This document shows positions 10,469 to 18,955 of a stretch of 64,000 bases of DNA, one piece after another. The stretch comes from Escherichia phage EK8. A program made the position numbers and the translations under genes. Below the pieces are notes generated by a model. The model was given only the letters and a program-made list of their open reading frames with translations. It searched no databases and was not told the origin of the DNA. Each line of letters opens with the position of its first letter. Position 1 is the first letter of the stretch. The stretch lies in the sequence record PQ805430.1; one strand, given 5' to 3'.

Positions 10469-10638
10469 TTCTTAACTTCCGGTACGAATTGCATTACACA
10501 ATTCTGGTTTCGAGGTATGTTGAGTTCGCACTCATCACGTTTTTGTGTAAGTTCACTAGTTACTGTCCAATAGGTCAGCAAACCCATAAGAAATGCTCCC
10601 AACACTAAACCAATAACAAATTCCGGTTTATGATTCAT
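10465..10638 (-). CDS. small membrane protein (57 aa, below ORF-track cut-off)
   Basis: hand translation MNHKPEFVIGLVLGAFLMGLLTYWTV...; AAGGGG RBS; stop overlaps the lipoprotein start. Confidence 0.35.
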   Translation of the reverse strand: MNHKPEFVIGLVLGAFLMGLLTYWTVTSELTQKRDECELNIPRNQNCVMQFVPEVKK

Positions 10639-10960
10639 CTTTGATGCCCCTTAAACCAGGGATTGAGTTAAGCCGGGAGATGTATTCACCGATGTAAAAC
10701 AACTCATTAATTTCATCTTGCGTACAAATTAATTTATTGCCTGCATCAGTGATGATTTCCCAGGTTGGTATGAATACTAAAGCCGGGATACCATTGCCTT
10801 CACGCAGAACGAACGCATTACCGCAACGGCGACCATCTTTAGTGAAAAGCTGGCGACCAACCTCTACTACGCCATCAGGCTTATAAGCAGTGGCCCATTC
10901 GGGTAAAACTTCACGTTTGAATTGCTCATTTTGATCTTCAAAGTAATCTTCAAAGCTCAT
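10628..10960 (-). CDS. hypothetical protein (110 aa)
   Basis: ORF in operon context. Confidence 0.5.
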   Translation of the reverse strand: MSFEDYFEDQNEQFKREVLPEWATAYKPDGVVEVGRQLFTKDGRRCGNAFVLREGNGIPALVFIPTWEIITDAGNKLICTQDEINELFYIGEYISRLNSIPGLRGIKDES

Positions 10961-11319
10961 ACCTGCTCCTTCTTGGCACGCTGCATTCGTTTACAATTCT
11001 CTTTCTGGCTTACCAGTTCGAGGTGTTCCGGATTACAGCAGAGACGGTTACGGCATTTATGATCCACCTGCTTATTGCCGGGGATGTAGCCGAAGTAATG
11101 GGTAGCCATGACGATGTGAGTAGCACACGTCTGGCTGTTAATACTGATACGGCCATAACCTCCACCACGTCCTTCGCCCGAAGTGGGGCCAGTCCAGATA
11201 TGACAAGGGGATACGACACCGTTAACGCGATAACCGCAGTCACGGATATCCACCCGCTTCATGATACGGTCGCAGATTTCCTGACGACGATCAGGATGGG
11301 GATGTTTTTTCGTGATCAC
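10957..11319 (-). CDS. HNH homing endonuclease
   Basis: VDHKCRNRLCCNPEHLE HNH motif with Cys/His zinc ligands. Confidence 0.7.
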   Translation of the reverse strand: MITKKHPHPDRRQEICDRIMKRVDIRDCGYRVNGVVSPCHIWTGPTSGEGRGGGYGRISINSQTCATHIVMATHYFGYIPGNKQVDHKCRNRLCCNPEHLELVSQKENCKRMQRAKKEQV

Positions 11320-11570
11320 TTTGAATCCAGAAATAGTAGGGCTTGCTCCAGATATAACCGAAGGTCAAGCAGTTCGTCATGATAGAGGAAGAGGCTATGA
11401 AACTTGTCGTGATACATACTGCGCCCATGTTCAGTAGTCGAGTAATACTCTTCATGTAGTTCCAGTTTGTACCTGGAATCCTTCCTCCTGGTTTCTTTGG
11501 TGATTGTTACCGTCACCGTACCATTGGTATGACGACGTTCGATCACTTGGGTCATACTGTCCATAAACAC
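11316..11570 (-). CDS. hypothetical protein (84 aa)
   Basis: ORF, 4-nt overlap with HNH gene. Confidence 0.45.
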   Translation of the reverse strand: MFMDSMTQVIERRHTNGTVTVTITKETRRKDSRYKLELHEEYYSTTEHGRSMYHDKFHSLFLYHDELLDLRLYLEQALLFLDSK

Positions 11571-11627
11571 TCCTGACTGTCTTACTCCCGAAGTGGGGAG
11601 ATCGACTCATTGAGTGCCCGGAGGGCA

Positions 11628-11942
11628 CTACTCTTCGGGTTCAGCAATTTCCACTGAGAAGCCCTGCTGGGCTAACAGTGTGGCTACTTCACCGGTTTCG
11701 AGATAACGGGTAGGCTCGCAGTTCATGGTACGGCCTGCGGGCAGGTAGATGGTTTTGCCCACTTCTTTGATGAGGGTGTTGTGATACATCATCACCAGAG
11801 AGTGAACAGTGTTCTCATCGTAGGGATACAGATGAGCTTTGATTTCGCTCAGGGCTTCGTCCAGGTTATTCGCTGTCCTGAACATCGGCACCGGAGCCAG
11901 AGGGATCTTTGAAAGCATTTGCATATACCTTAGCTGCAACAC
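11628..11942 (-). CDS. hypothetical protein (104 aa; start probably at an internal Met)
   Basis: ORF; annotated start overlaps upstream gene by 77 nt. Confidence 0.4.
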   Translation of the reverse strand: MLQLRYMQMLSKIPLAPVPMFRTANNLDEALSEIKAHLYPYDENTVHSLVMMYHNTLIKEVGKTIYLPAGRTMNCEPTRYLETGEVATLLAQQGFSVEIAEPEE

Positions 11943-12459
11943 GACGCATTAAGGCAATGGCCTGTTCCTGCGTCATATCTTCCAGTTGTGAGTCGATATC
12001 CAGAGCACGTTCAAGCTGCTCAGGGGCGTAGATTTCTTTGTCGTGGAGAATGTCCAGCATTGCATGGCCAGACTTCTTCACATACTGGCTTAGGTAGCCC
12101 CAGAAAGCCGGTGTAGGCTGTCCTGACGGCGTAAAGAAGCCAGACAATACACGAGCTTCCAGACCAGCATAATCCGCATCGGATAATGTTTTATGGGCTT
12201 TAGCCAGTTGACAATTAGATTCTTTAAACAGGTCTTCTTGCAGACGTAAACCCATCTCCAGGGGAGTTTCCTGTTTACGTTTAGGGGCTAATAATTCATC
12301 GTACAGTTTGTCAATAGAAGTCTGGCCTTCATATGCCATCTGAACTTTGACAGCACGTACTGTAGCGACACGGAGGCCATACATGTTGGCTACCTGATAC
12401 TCGCTGTACTGCAACAAAGCACGGCGAACCTTGTTTTCCATATCTTTGGTAAGTTGCAT
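11866..12459 (-). CDS. hypothetical protein (197 aa)
   Basis: first ORF after a 516-bp noncoding spacer. Confidence 0.5.
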   Translation of the reverse strand: MQLTKDMENKVRRALLQYSEYQVANMYGLRVATVRAVKVQMAYEGQTSIDKLYDELLAPKRKQETPLEMGLRLQEDLFKESNCQLAKAHKTLSDADYAGLEARVLSGFFTPSGQPTPAFWGYLSQYVKKSGHAMLDILHDKEIYAPEQLERALDIDSQLEDMTQEQAIALMRRVAAKVYANAFKDPSGSGADVQDSE

Positions 12460-12604
12460 TTTAATCTCCAGGGTTAAATTTAAGCCTATAGATAACCTGA
12501 TTTGGTATATAGGATCGTTTAGTCAGACTGTCTCAAATGACTGTCTTCAACATATAGGTTTAAAACTTACGACACATACTATGTAAGGTCTAAAACTGTA
12601 TGCT

Positions 12605-12635
12605 CAAAACTAAAAACCCCTCACAAGGAGGGGTT
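12605..12635 (-). terminator. rho-independent terminator candidate
   Basis: aacccctc-acaag-gaggggtt hairpin with T-rich tract on minus strand. Confidence 0.4.
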
Positions 12636-12875
12636 TCTATTGCCATGTTTATCGTTGATTACAGGATCTGGAATCCTGCGCGTCTCAACCCTAGTGGGTC
12701 AGTCGCCGATTTCACTTTTACGACCAGAGGATCGTCTGTATGAACTACATCTGATACATGGCGGTACAGATGCAGCAACGATAAGATAAACCAGATTAGC
12801 ATCAGGTATCCTCATCGTAAGGTGAATCACACTATGTAATTCACATTGGATTATATAACCATAATACAATGTAAA

Positions 12876-12912
12876 CTAAGAAAAAGTAGGACACCCTAAG
12901 ATGGGGTGTCCT
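12876..12912 (-). terminator. rho-independent terminator candidate
   Basis: 9-bp stem aggacaccc/gggtgtcct then ctttttc on minus strand, just after the 81-aa gene. Confidence 0.45.
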
Positions 12913-12975
12913 TTCAGAAAGTAAAAACTAAGTTATGCAGACGCAGAGCGTCATTCATTAAACGCACGGAGTGCG

Positions 12976-13221
12976 TCATTTAAGTTTAAAACGGAGCTTC
13001 TGGGTTCCACCCTGTTCATCGAATACGGACTGCACTTCCACTACACCCTCGTGATCCAGTACCAGTACCTTGTCAGCTTTATTGGTGAACTCACCCTCGA
13101 TTTCAATGACCTTCAAGCCTAACAGCTTCTTGGTTTTGAACTCGTTCAGCTTATCTTCGGTGGTATAGATGACTCTGGTTTGTTGTGTAATATGTTGATA
13201 ACCGCGAAATGGGTCGGCCAT
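12976..13221 (-). CDS. small protein, paralog-family member (81 aa)
   Basis: carries family motif TEDKLNEFKTKKLLGLKV. Confidence 0.5.
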   Translation of the reverse strand: MADPFRGYQHITQQTRVIYTTEDKLNEFKTKKLLGLKVIEIEGEFTNKADKVLVLDHEGVVEVQSVFDEQGGTQKLRFKLK

Positions 13222-13493
13222 TATTCCTCCAGGTATAGACGGATCAGCTTGTCCTCCCCGTCTTCGTAGACACTGACGCCAACCACGCCGAATACTGGCA
13301 GATTGATACGCATCCAGCCTTTCTCCAGCAGATCAGGAGTAATGCGGAACTCGGTCGGGTTAACTCCGGCCAGCATACTGGCCTTGACCGTCGAAACGAG
13401 AGAGGCGGGAACATTCAACCGGGCGACAGGCTTACCCGGTTGTGGCAGAGATTGCAGCAATTTCATAGTTACCTCGATTTGAAGGTGATGCAC
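13221..13493 (-). CDS. small protein, divergent paralog-family member (90 aa)
   Basis: weaker motif VKASMLAGVNPTEF. Confidence 0.45.
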   Translation of the reverse strand: MHHLQIEVTMKLLQSLPQPGKPVARLNVPASLVSTVKASMLAGVNPTEFRITPDLLEKGWMRINLPVFGVVGVSVYEDGEDKLIRLYLEE

Positions 13494-13714
13494 TTAAACG
13501 AGCCATAAACACTCTCATACTGGATTGAGTCAGTATCTATGGGCATTAGTATGCAAGGGAATGTACGGTTAACCTCATCGATCCAGGCATTGGGTACGAG
13601 TACCTCATGATCCTTTATACCGATGAGCATTTCAGTTCTGAGTTCATCCATGATATCGCCCGGCAACCGGACTTCTACCCTGGGATCTGAACCATTGGAT
13701 ATGAAGACAGCCAT
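13469..13714 (-). CDS. small protein, paralog-family member (81 aa)
   Basis: motif IMDELRTEMLIGIKD. Confidence 0.5.
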   Translation of the reverse strand: MAVFISNGSDPRVEVRLPGDIMDELRTEMLIGIKDHEVLVPNAWIDEVNRTFPCILMPIDTDSIQYESVYGSFKCITFKSR

Positions 13715-13722
13715 AGGATCTC

Positions 13723-13869
13723 TTATCGTTTATACCAGTCTTTGATTTTGCAAGTAGTACAAACTGAGAATAGTTTTATGTATTGATTCGCTGTACCACC
13801 AAATTTTCTTGCACGTTCCTCAGCAGAAGGAACAAGTACAATTTCTTTATTACACTTCGAACATTTCAT
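13723..13869 (-). CDS. small zinc-ribbon protein (48 aa, below ORF-track cut-off)
   Basis: hand translation MKCSKCNKEIVLVPSAEERARKFGGTANQYIKLFSVCTTCKIKDWYKR; CxxC..CxxC; GGAGA RBS 6 nt upstream. Confidence 0.4.
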   Translation of the reverse strand: MKCSKCNKEIVLVPSAEERARKFGGTANQYIKLFSVCTTCKIKDWYKR

Positions 13870-13875
13870 AGGATC

Positions 13876-13907
13876 TCCAAATGAAATAGCCACCCCGAAG
13901 GGGTGGC
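13876..13907 (-). terminator. rho-independent terminator candidate downstream of RNAP II genes
   Basis: gccacccc-gaa-ggggtggc hairpin then T-rich tract on minus strand. Confidence 0.45.
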
Positions 13908-13913
13908 TGGTGG

Positions 13914-14168
13914 TTATTTCGGATACTTCGGGTCATTTTCTTTAAGCCAGATAACATGGCGATTGAAGGTATTAACCAGACGGTTGTATTCACCACCTGT
14001 GGCGACATTAATCATATCAATGCCACATTCGAAGCTGCATGTTAGATTAGCAATCTGGATACTGGTCTTTCTGGCTTGTCGCTTATGCCACCAGATTTTA
14101 AGAAAGAGCATAGTTTGAGTTCCTGATCTTATCGCCCAGGTCGTTGCTGAGCTTCTCGTAGACACCAT
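13914..14168 (-). CDS. hypothetical protein (84 aa; doubtful)
   Basis: ORF overlaps RNAP large-subunit 3' end by 71 nt in another frame. Confidence 0.2.
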   Translation of the reverse strand: MVSTRSSATTWAIRSGTQTMLFLKIWWHKRQARKTSIQIANLTCSFECGIDMINVATGGEYNRLVNTFNRHVIWLKENDPKYPK

Positions 14169-15372
14169 CGGTGGTCTGATATAACTGGTTCATGAGCATA
14201 GCCAGCATGTCGCTATCAGCGAAGTCAGCCATGATCTCTTTGTACCAGTAACGGGTGATATCGCAGTTGTTTGCATGGCAACCAAACGCATCATGCACCG
14301 TGATAATCGGGAACGGTTTGTACGTCAGCATGTCATCAGTGATAGACAGCAGCTTGGTAACAATCCACTCCGGCAGGCACATAACGTTGCTCCAGGTCAG
14401 CAGTGGCAGGATGGACAGGTCAGCGATGTGAGCCTTTTCCATCAAAGCCAGAGCTTCAACCAGTTCAGCATGTACAGGCAGACGGTTAGCACCGTTGGCA
14501 TACATGATTTGAGCATTGGCCAGCATCTCATTCGCAGGGTGAACGATAGCCGGATCGTAGTTACAGCGACGTTCCATCCCACGCAGGAGATAGGCGTCAC
14601 AACCGTGAATGGTATTGGCAACGTTGGCACGGCCACGCTCAGTACCTTCGTTCACCTTGTATTGCAGCGTGAACGTAGCGTGGTCGAGTTCGTCTACTTC
14701 AATCCTGGTTTCCTTCGACTCCATGACTTTCATCACGGCTACGAAGCCATCCGGGAACACCAGAGTGTGATCCAGTGCGAACGGACGCCAGGACTCCAGC
14801 AGTTCATCCATTAACTGGAATGCACCCGGAGCGATGATCATCGCAGCGTTGTAGAACACGTCCAGCATTTCACCTTCACCGAATACACGCTTTGGTACGG
14901 CCTTAGAGCCATAGCCAGAGGTCATCACGGCTTGTTTCACGTCCTTACGTGGAACAGTGATGGTAGCGTGACCGGTTTCCAGCAGGAGTTTATTCATCTC
15001 TGCTGTGGTGTTGCTGTACGCATCCATACGGGAGCGAGGGTCAATCATGCCAGTGTTGTAGGCACCAGAGATGCAGCCCGTGAGGGCTGACATAATCTGG
15101 ATACCAGAGCAGCAGGCATCGAAGTGAACGATATGCCCAACAGGGATACCACGGCGAGCACGGTCAATGACCATTGCAGCCTTACGGAACAGGGCAGGTT
15201 CTTCTGCCTGATCCGCGATAGCTTCGAGGTTGTTGATGTTGTTCTGGATGAACTCGATACGAGTATCGAACAGTTCTTTATCCATACCAAAGTGGTTGGC
15301 AGCATCTATACAGAGGTATTCCCAGCCAGTGAACGTCTGGAACCCGGAACCGAAATTGATAGTCTTTTGCAT
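14098..15372 (-). CDS. T7-like single-subunit RNA polymerase, catalytic (large) subunit of split RNAP II
   Basis: motif A HFDACCSGIQ (T7 FDGSCSGIQ), motif B VMTSGYGSK, motif C VHDAFG (T7 HDSFG). Confidence 0.8.
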   Translation of the reverse strand: MQKTINFGSGFQTFTGWEYLCIDAANHFGMDKELFDTRIEFIQNNINNLEAIADQAEEPALFRKAAMVIDRARRGIPVGHIVHFDACCSGIQIMSALTGCISGAYNTGMIDPRSRMDAYSNTTAEMNKLLLETGHATITVPRKDVKQAVMTSGYGSKAVPKRVFGEGEMLDVFYNAAMIIAPGAFQLMDELLESWRPFALDHTLVFPDGFVAVMKVMESKETRIEVDELDHATFTLQYKVNEGTERGRANVANTIHGCDAYLLRGMERRCNYDPAIVHPANEMLANAQIMYANGANRLPVHAELVEALALMEKAHIADLSILPLLTWSNVMCLPEWIVTKLLSITDDMLTYKPFPIITVHDAFGCHANNCDITRYWYKEIMADFADSDMLAMLMNQLYQTTDGVYEKLSNDLGDKIRNSNYALS

Positions 15373-15382
15373 AAGTTAATCC

Positions 15383-16384
15383 TCATTTTCTGAATTTATC
15401 AGGTACACCAATTACCGGCTCTTGATCGGCCAGGTTAATCATTGCTTTTTTGAAGCTGGTGCCCTGTGGGGTGATATGGTAGCCACAAGCGTACATGCGC
15501 CCGCGTTTGTCTACCTTGTTGCTGATATAGAACCGGTTACCCTGGTTCACCATCAGGCTGTAGAAGTAGTAGGACTGCTCCTTATAGGATGCCCAGTTCT
15601 CCTTCTGTTTGCGGATCATATCCGCTATCTGCCAGTCACTGAGATCCTCATCAGACTCAATGCTATCCAGATCGTGAGTTGGTTCTTCCTCCACTGAGCA
15701 TAGGAACTCAACGTCCAGGGACAGAGGAACACGATTGCGTGAATTAAGTACATCAAGGCAGATGTTTCCGTCATGATGGTTGAACCCTCCACCCAGAATG
15801 AGGCTATCGCTCTTGTGGGTATAGTAGGCAGTTGAACGGTTATTCGTGAGCTTACGAGGCTCACAAACCAGTGGTGGTAAATAGCATGAATATTCAATGA
15901 AGTTGCTTAATTCTTCACTGAACTGAATGTTACTGATTATCTGGATTGGGCTGTTACGGTGATGCTTGTTCAGGTCGAACACGTCGGTTGTAGCGAGTAC
16001 AGCCAGCACCTCAGCGATGGTCTGCACGCTATCACGTTTGTCATCGAAGCCCAGACGGGAAGCCAGTTGACCGATGGCATTGACCAGAGGCGTTTCAGCC
16101 TGGAAGTAGGTCACACCAACGAAGATCTCTTTGACGAGATTCTCCAGGTCAAGCTGGGCTAAGTGATGCAGCCGGACAGCTTTGCTGTCGTAATACTGCT
16201 CACTCATCCACTGCTTCAATAACTCAACGCCCTGCTCCACTTCTGGCAGCAGGTTCTCGGTGCCCTCAAATAACTCCTTACGGATGTATCCGTCGATATG
16301 ACGGCGATTGAACTGACGTTCGTTTACGAGTTGTAACTCTTTTGGTGGCAACCACTTATGTTCCATAATTCCCTCTAATCTCAA
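15383..16384 (-). CDS. T7-like RNA polymerase N-terminal (small) subunit of split RNAP II
   Basis: C-terminus DKRGRMYACGYHITPQGTSFKK resembles T7 RNAP DWRGRVYA...PQG segment that precedes motif A; immediately upstream of the catalytic subunit. Confidence 0.7.
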   Translation of the reverse strand: MRLEGIMEHKWLPPKELQLVNERQFNRRHIDGYIRKELFEGTENLLPEVEQGVELLKQWMSEQYYDSKAVRLHHLAQLDLENLVKEIFVGVTYFQAETPLVNAIGQLASRLGFDDKRDSVQTIAEVLAVLATTDVFDLNKHHRNSPIQIISNIQFSEELSNFIEYSCYLPPLVCEPRKLTNNRSTAYYTHKSDSLILGGGFNHHDGNICLDVLNSRNRVPLSLDVEFLCSVEEEPTHDLDSIESDEDLSDWQIADMIRKQKENWASYKEQSYYFYSLMVNQGNRFYISNKVDKRGRMYACGYHITPQGTSFKKAMINLADQEPVIGVPDKFRK

Positions 16385-16411
16385 ATAAAGAGGCCAACCC
16401 TAAGGTTGGCC
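16381..16411 (-). terminator. rho-independent terminator candidate just upstream of RNAP II genes
   Basis: ggccaacc-ctaa-ggttggcc hairpin then tctttatttg on minus strand. Confidence 0.45.
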
Positions 16412-16417
16412 GATTGG

Positions 16418-16717
16418 TTACGCGAGTTCGAACTTTGCACCTTCCGGCGTGGCTTCGCCATACGACAGGACGATGCGGGATGCCAGCGCTTTCAGTTGTT
16501 TCTCAACGTCAGCCTCAGACTTACAGTCTTTCAGCATGTCGATGATCATCCCTTCCAGGGGATGAGACTCACGCAGGCCAATACCCTGACCACCCAGACG
16601 TTTCAGACCTTGTTTGGTCATCACGCCGATGTTCAGATAGCCAGCGATTTTGTTGCGGTTAGCATCAGCAGCAGGAGCGGAGTTGTTAGAACCAGAAGAA
16701 CGACGATTGAAAGCCAT
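16418..16717 (-). CDS. hypothetical early protein (99 aa)
   Basis: ORF in early block. Confidence 0.5.
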   Translation of the reverse strand: MAFNRRSSGSNNSAPAADANRNKIAGYLNIGVMTKQGLKRLGGQGIGLRESHPLEGMIIDMLKDCKSEADVEKQLKALASRIVLSYGEATPEGAKFELA

Positions 16718-16781
16718 GATATATACCTCGAAGAATGAGTAGATGAATGATATTTAAAGGATTGGGGGGTTTTCCCCTCTG

Positions 16782-16796
16782 AGGCGCTATGCGCCT
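16782..16796 (-). promoter_or_regulatory. hairpin element aggcgc-TAT-gcgcct (candidate hairpin promoter)
   Basis: GC stem with 3-nt loop, 66 bp upstream of gene start at 16717; shares cgcTATgcg core with two other copies. Confidence 0.3.
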
Positions 16797-16797
16797 T

Positions 16798-17079
16798 CTA
16801 ACAGATGATGAGGCAGCTAACAGCGTCCCTCCAGGCTGCATAGAGCACCGGATTGCTGTTGACCTCATCATTGTATTGGGACAGGTCTTCGAACGCTTCA
16901 CGACCCAGGTGGGCAGCAGCAATCTCGACCTGAATTTCCAGCGATATGTCTTCCATCACAAGCTGTGACAGACCTTTACGAAACAGGAACAATGCCAGAG
17001 CACGCATCTCCCCGTCTTTCCATGCACGGGAAGCCCAACGAAGGTTGGTTTGAGCGTGGTCAATATTCATATTTGGCAT
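16798..17079 (-). CDS. hypothetical early protein (93 aa)
   Basis: ORF in early block. Confidence 0.5.
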   Translation of the reverse strand: MPNMNIDHAQTNLRWASRAWKDGEMRALALFLFRKGLSQLVMEDISLEIQVEIAAAHLGREAFEDLSQYNDEVNSNPVLYAAWRDAVSCLIIC

Positions 17080-17146
17080 ACAGATAGTCCTTAAGGGTGA
17101 GCGAGGATCCCAGCAGCCCTGGAATCCCCGGTAGTTATTCTGTTCG

Positions 17147-17161
17147 ACGCGCTATGCGCGT
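17147..17161 (-). promoter_or_regulatory. hairpin element acgcgc-TAT-gcgcgt (candidate hairpin promoter)
   Basis: same cgcTATgcg core, 69 bp upstream of gene start at 17079. Confidence 0.3.
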
Positions 17162-17445
17162 TTTCCTTCCAGAGTGACGTAGGACATTTCAACCGTGATA
17201 GTGGAGTAGACACCCAGCAAACACTTTGTGGCTATGGCATAACGCTCATCCCTACGCAGGGTAAATGCGTAGTAAACGTTATCCTGTTTGAACTGGTAGC
17301 TCTCGTTGATATCCAGCTTCGAGGGTGTATAGGCATAGATGCTCACATCAGCTAACACCACGCCTTCAATGGCATCGGTTATCTGGTTTATATCCCAGTC
17401 GATCACTGCGGTTAAGTCTTTGGATTTATACGTATGCTCGGCCAT
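17152..17445 (-). CDS. hypothetical early protein (97 aa)
   Basis: ORF in early block. Confidence 0.5.
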   Translation of the reverse strand: MAEHTYKSKDLTAVIDWDINQITDAIEGVVLADVSIYAYTPSKLDINESYQFKQDNVYYAFTLRRDERYAIATKCLLGVYSTITVEMSYVTLEGKRA

Positions 17446-17759
17446 TACATGCCCTTAATAGTTGCCTCCACCATTGTTACCTCTGGCTTCTTGAGCATGT
17501 GATGCGTCACGTAGACAGCCAGGATGACAAACTTGTTGTCGATACCCGGTATGGTAACGATGGTCTGAATGGTTCCACCCAGGTTATTCGGGCCTAAACT
17601 GACGTTGGCCAGGTTAACCGGGAAGGTGTCCTTGTACACGAATTTGGGGCTTATCAGCCGCATTGTACGAAGATGATCATACTGCTCAGCACTCAGCCAG
17701 CCTATGGCTTCACCATCGTTTACCTTACGGATTTCGTACTCACGTACCTTAGTAGTCAC
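17445..17759 (-). CDS. small protein, paralog-family member (104 aa)
   Basis: motif LSAEQYDHLRTMRLIS. Confidence 0.5.
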   Translation of the reverse strand: MTTKVREYEIRKVNDGEAIGWLSAEQYDHLRTMRLISPKFVYKDTFPVNLANVSLGPNNLGGTIQTIVTIPGIDNKFVILAVYVTHHMLKKPEVTMVEATIKGM

Positions 17760-18121
17760 TCGGCTTCTCCTGTAAGTTTCAGCGGTGGTTTATATTTCAG
17801 AAACCAGCGTGAGATGATACGGCGATTAACCTGTGGAATTAACTCACCACGGTCTACAGCACGTCCACGCCAGTCTTCCGGGCAGTCCATAAATATGGGC
17901 TTAGGCGGATCGCCTCCGTCATACCAGTACACGATGGACGGTAGTTCGAACACCGTATCGGGAGTTATCAACGTAGTGGTACGCATGGCATCAAACTCTT
18001 CCTGAGTTATCTTGGCCTCAACGATGAGGCTAATACCATTCGGGCTTCGTTGTAATATATCCCGTAAGTAAATTGATTTTGACATTAAAAGGGTATCTCC
18101 TTGGTGAAGTTGAATACCCAC
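17756..18121 (-). CDS. small protein, paralog-family member (121 aa)
   Basis: motif ITQEEFDAMRTTTLITP. Confidence 0.5.
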   Translation of the reverse strand: MGIQLHQGDTLLMSKSIYLRDILQRSPNGISLIVEAKITQEEFDAMRTTTLITPDTVFELPSIVYWYDGGDPPKPIFMDCPEDWRGRAVDRGELIPQVNRRIISRWFLKYKPPLKLTGEAE

Positions 18122-18378
18122 GTCATCGGTTGAATAACATCTTCGATACGTTCGTATTCTTCACTGGTTAAAGTATCAGGACGACCTTCGAGATATAAAT
18201 CTTCGGTCACATTCAGATAGCTGGATACACCAAAGTCAGATTTGAATGTATCTACCACTTTACGGTATACAGCGCCTTCACCTAATAAGGTTAAAGCAGT
18301 ACGTATAGCATCTACTTCATTCTGGCTTAACTGACATACCACACGAGAGAACCCTCTAGATCTTAGTTCGTATCCCAT
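18085..18378 (-). CDS. small protein, paralog-family member (97 aa)
   Basis: motif LSQNEVDAIRTALTLLGEG. Confidence 0.5.
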   Translation of the reverse strand: MGYELRSRGFSRVVCQLSQNEVDAIRTALTLLGEGAVYRKVVDTFKSDFGVSSYLNVTEDLYLEGRPDTLTSEEYERIEDVIQPMTWVFNFTKEIPF

Positions 18379-18701
18379 GGTGTATTAAACCTCGCTATTA
18401 GTTGACCGTTCTTTTCAAAGTACAGGAAATTAATACGGACTGAATCCAGATATAGAAGGCTGCTATTACCGGACACTAATAAATGCGGTACAGCCAGTTC
18501 TTCTTTTTTAAAAATAGGCACATCCAGGATGCAGTCCTCCACACCTAATAAGTGTTGAGTACGCATGTTTAATATCAGATCATCATTAATCTCGAAATAA
18601 CGATGACCATTATCATTAACGCTGGTGGCACGACAATAACGTTTCATGCACCCTCCACTCGAACAAAGTGATACATTTCCTGCACCGAAGGTGTAGGCCA
18701 T
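18363..18701 (-). CDS. small protein, paralog-family member (112 aa)
   Basis: motif INDDLILNMRTQHLLGVED. Confidence 0.5.
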   Translation of the reverse strand: MAYTFGAGNVSLCSSGGCMKRYCRATSVNDNGHRYFEINDDLILNMRTQHLLGVEDCILDVPIFKKEELAVPHLLVSGNSSLLYLDSVRINFLYFEKNGQLIARFNTPWDTN

Positions 18702-18955
18702 TCGAACTGGGAATTAGAGCATGGCTCTAATGTAATACGTAATTCAGTACCAGGTATCTGATATTGCATATATACGTTGGTCTGGATTAAGTGAATTTGT
18801 TCGGGTTTTAATATCGTCAATGAATCACGATAATTTATCATTCGATTGCCCAACAAATAGTTGGTACGAATAACCCCAATATCCTCTTCACTTAATTTAC
18901 GTGAGATCAGATAACCATGCTGTATGGCAGCAAGTATTATCTCGTTCACTTGCAC
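18644..18955 (-). CDS. small protein, paralog-family member (103 aa)
   Basis: motif LSEEDIGVIRTNYLLGNR. Confidence 0.5.
   Translation of the reverse strand: MQVNEIILAAIQHGYLISRKLSEEDIGVIRTNYLLGNRMINYRDSLTILKPEQIHLIQTNVYMQYQIPGTELRITLEPCSNSQFEWPTPSVQEMYHFVRVEGA

Noticed and set aside
13903-14118. 71-aa plus-strand ORF between RNAP II and the zinc-ribbon gene
   Set aside because: Low-complexity sequence lying antisense within a minus-strand operon and overlapping the RNAP 3' end and a terminator hairpin.
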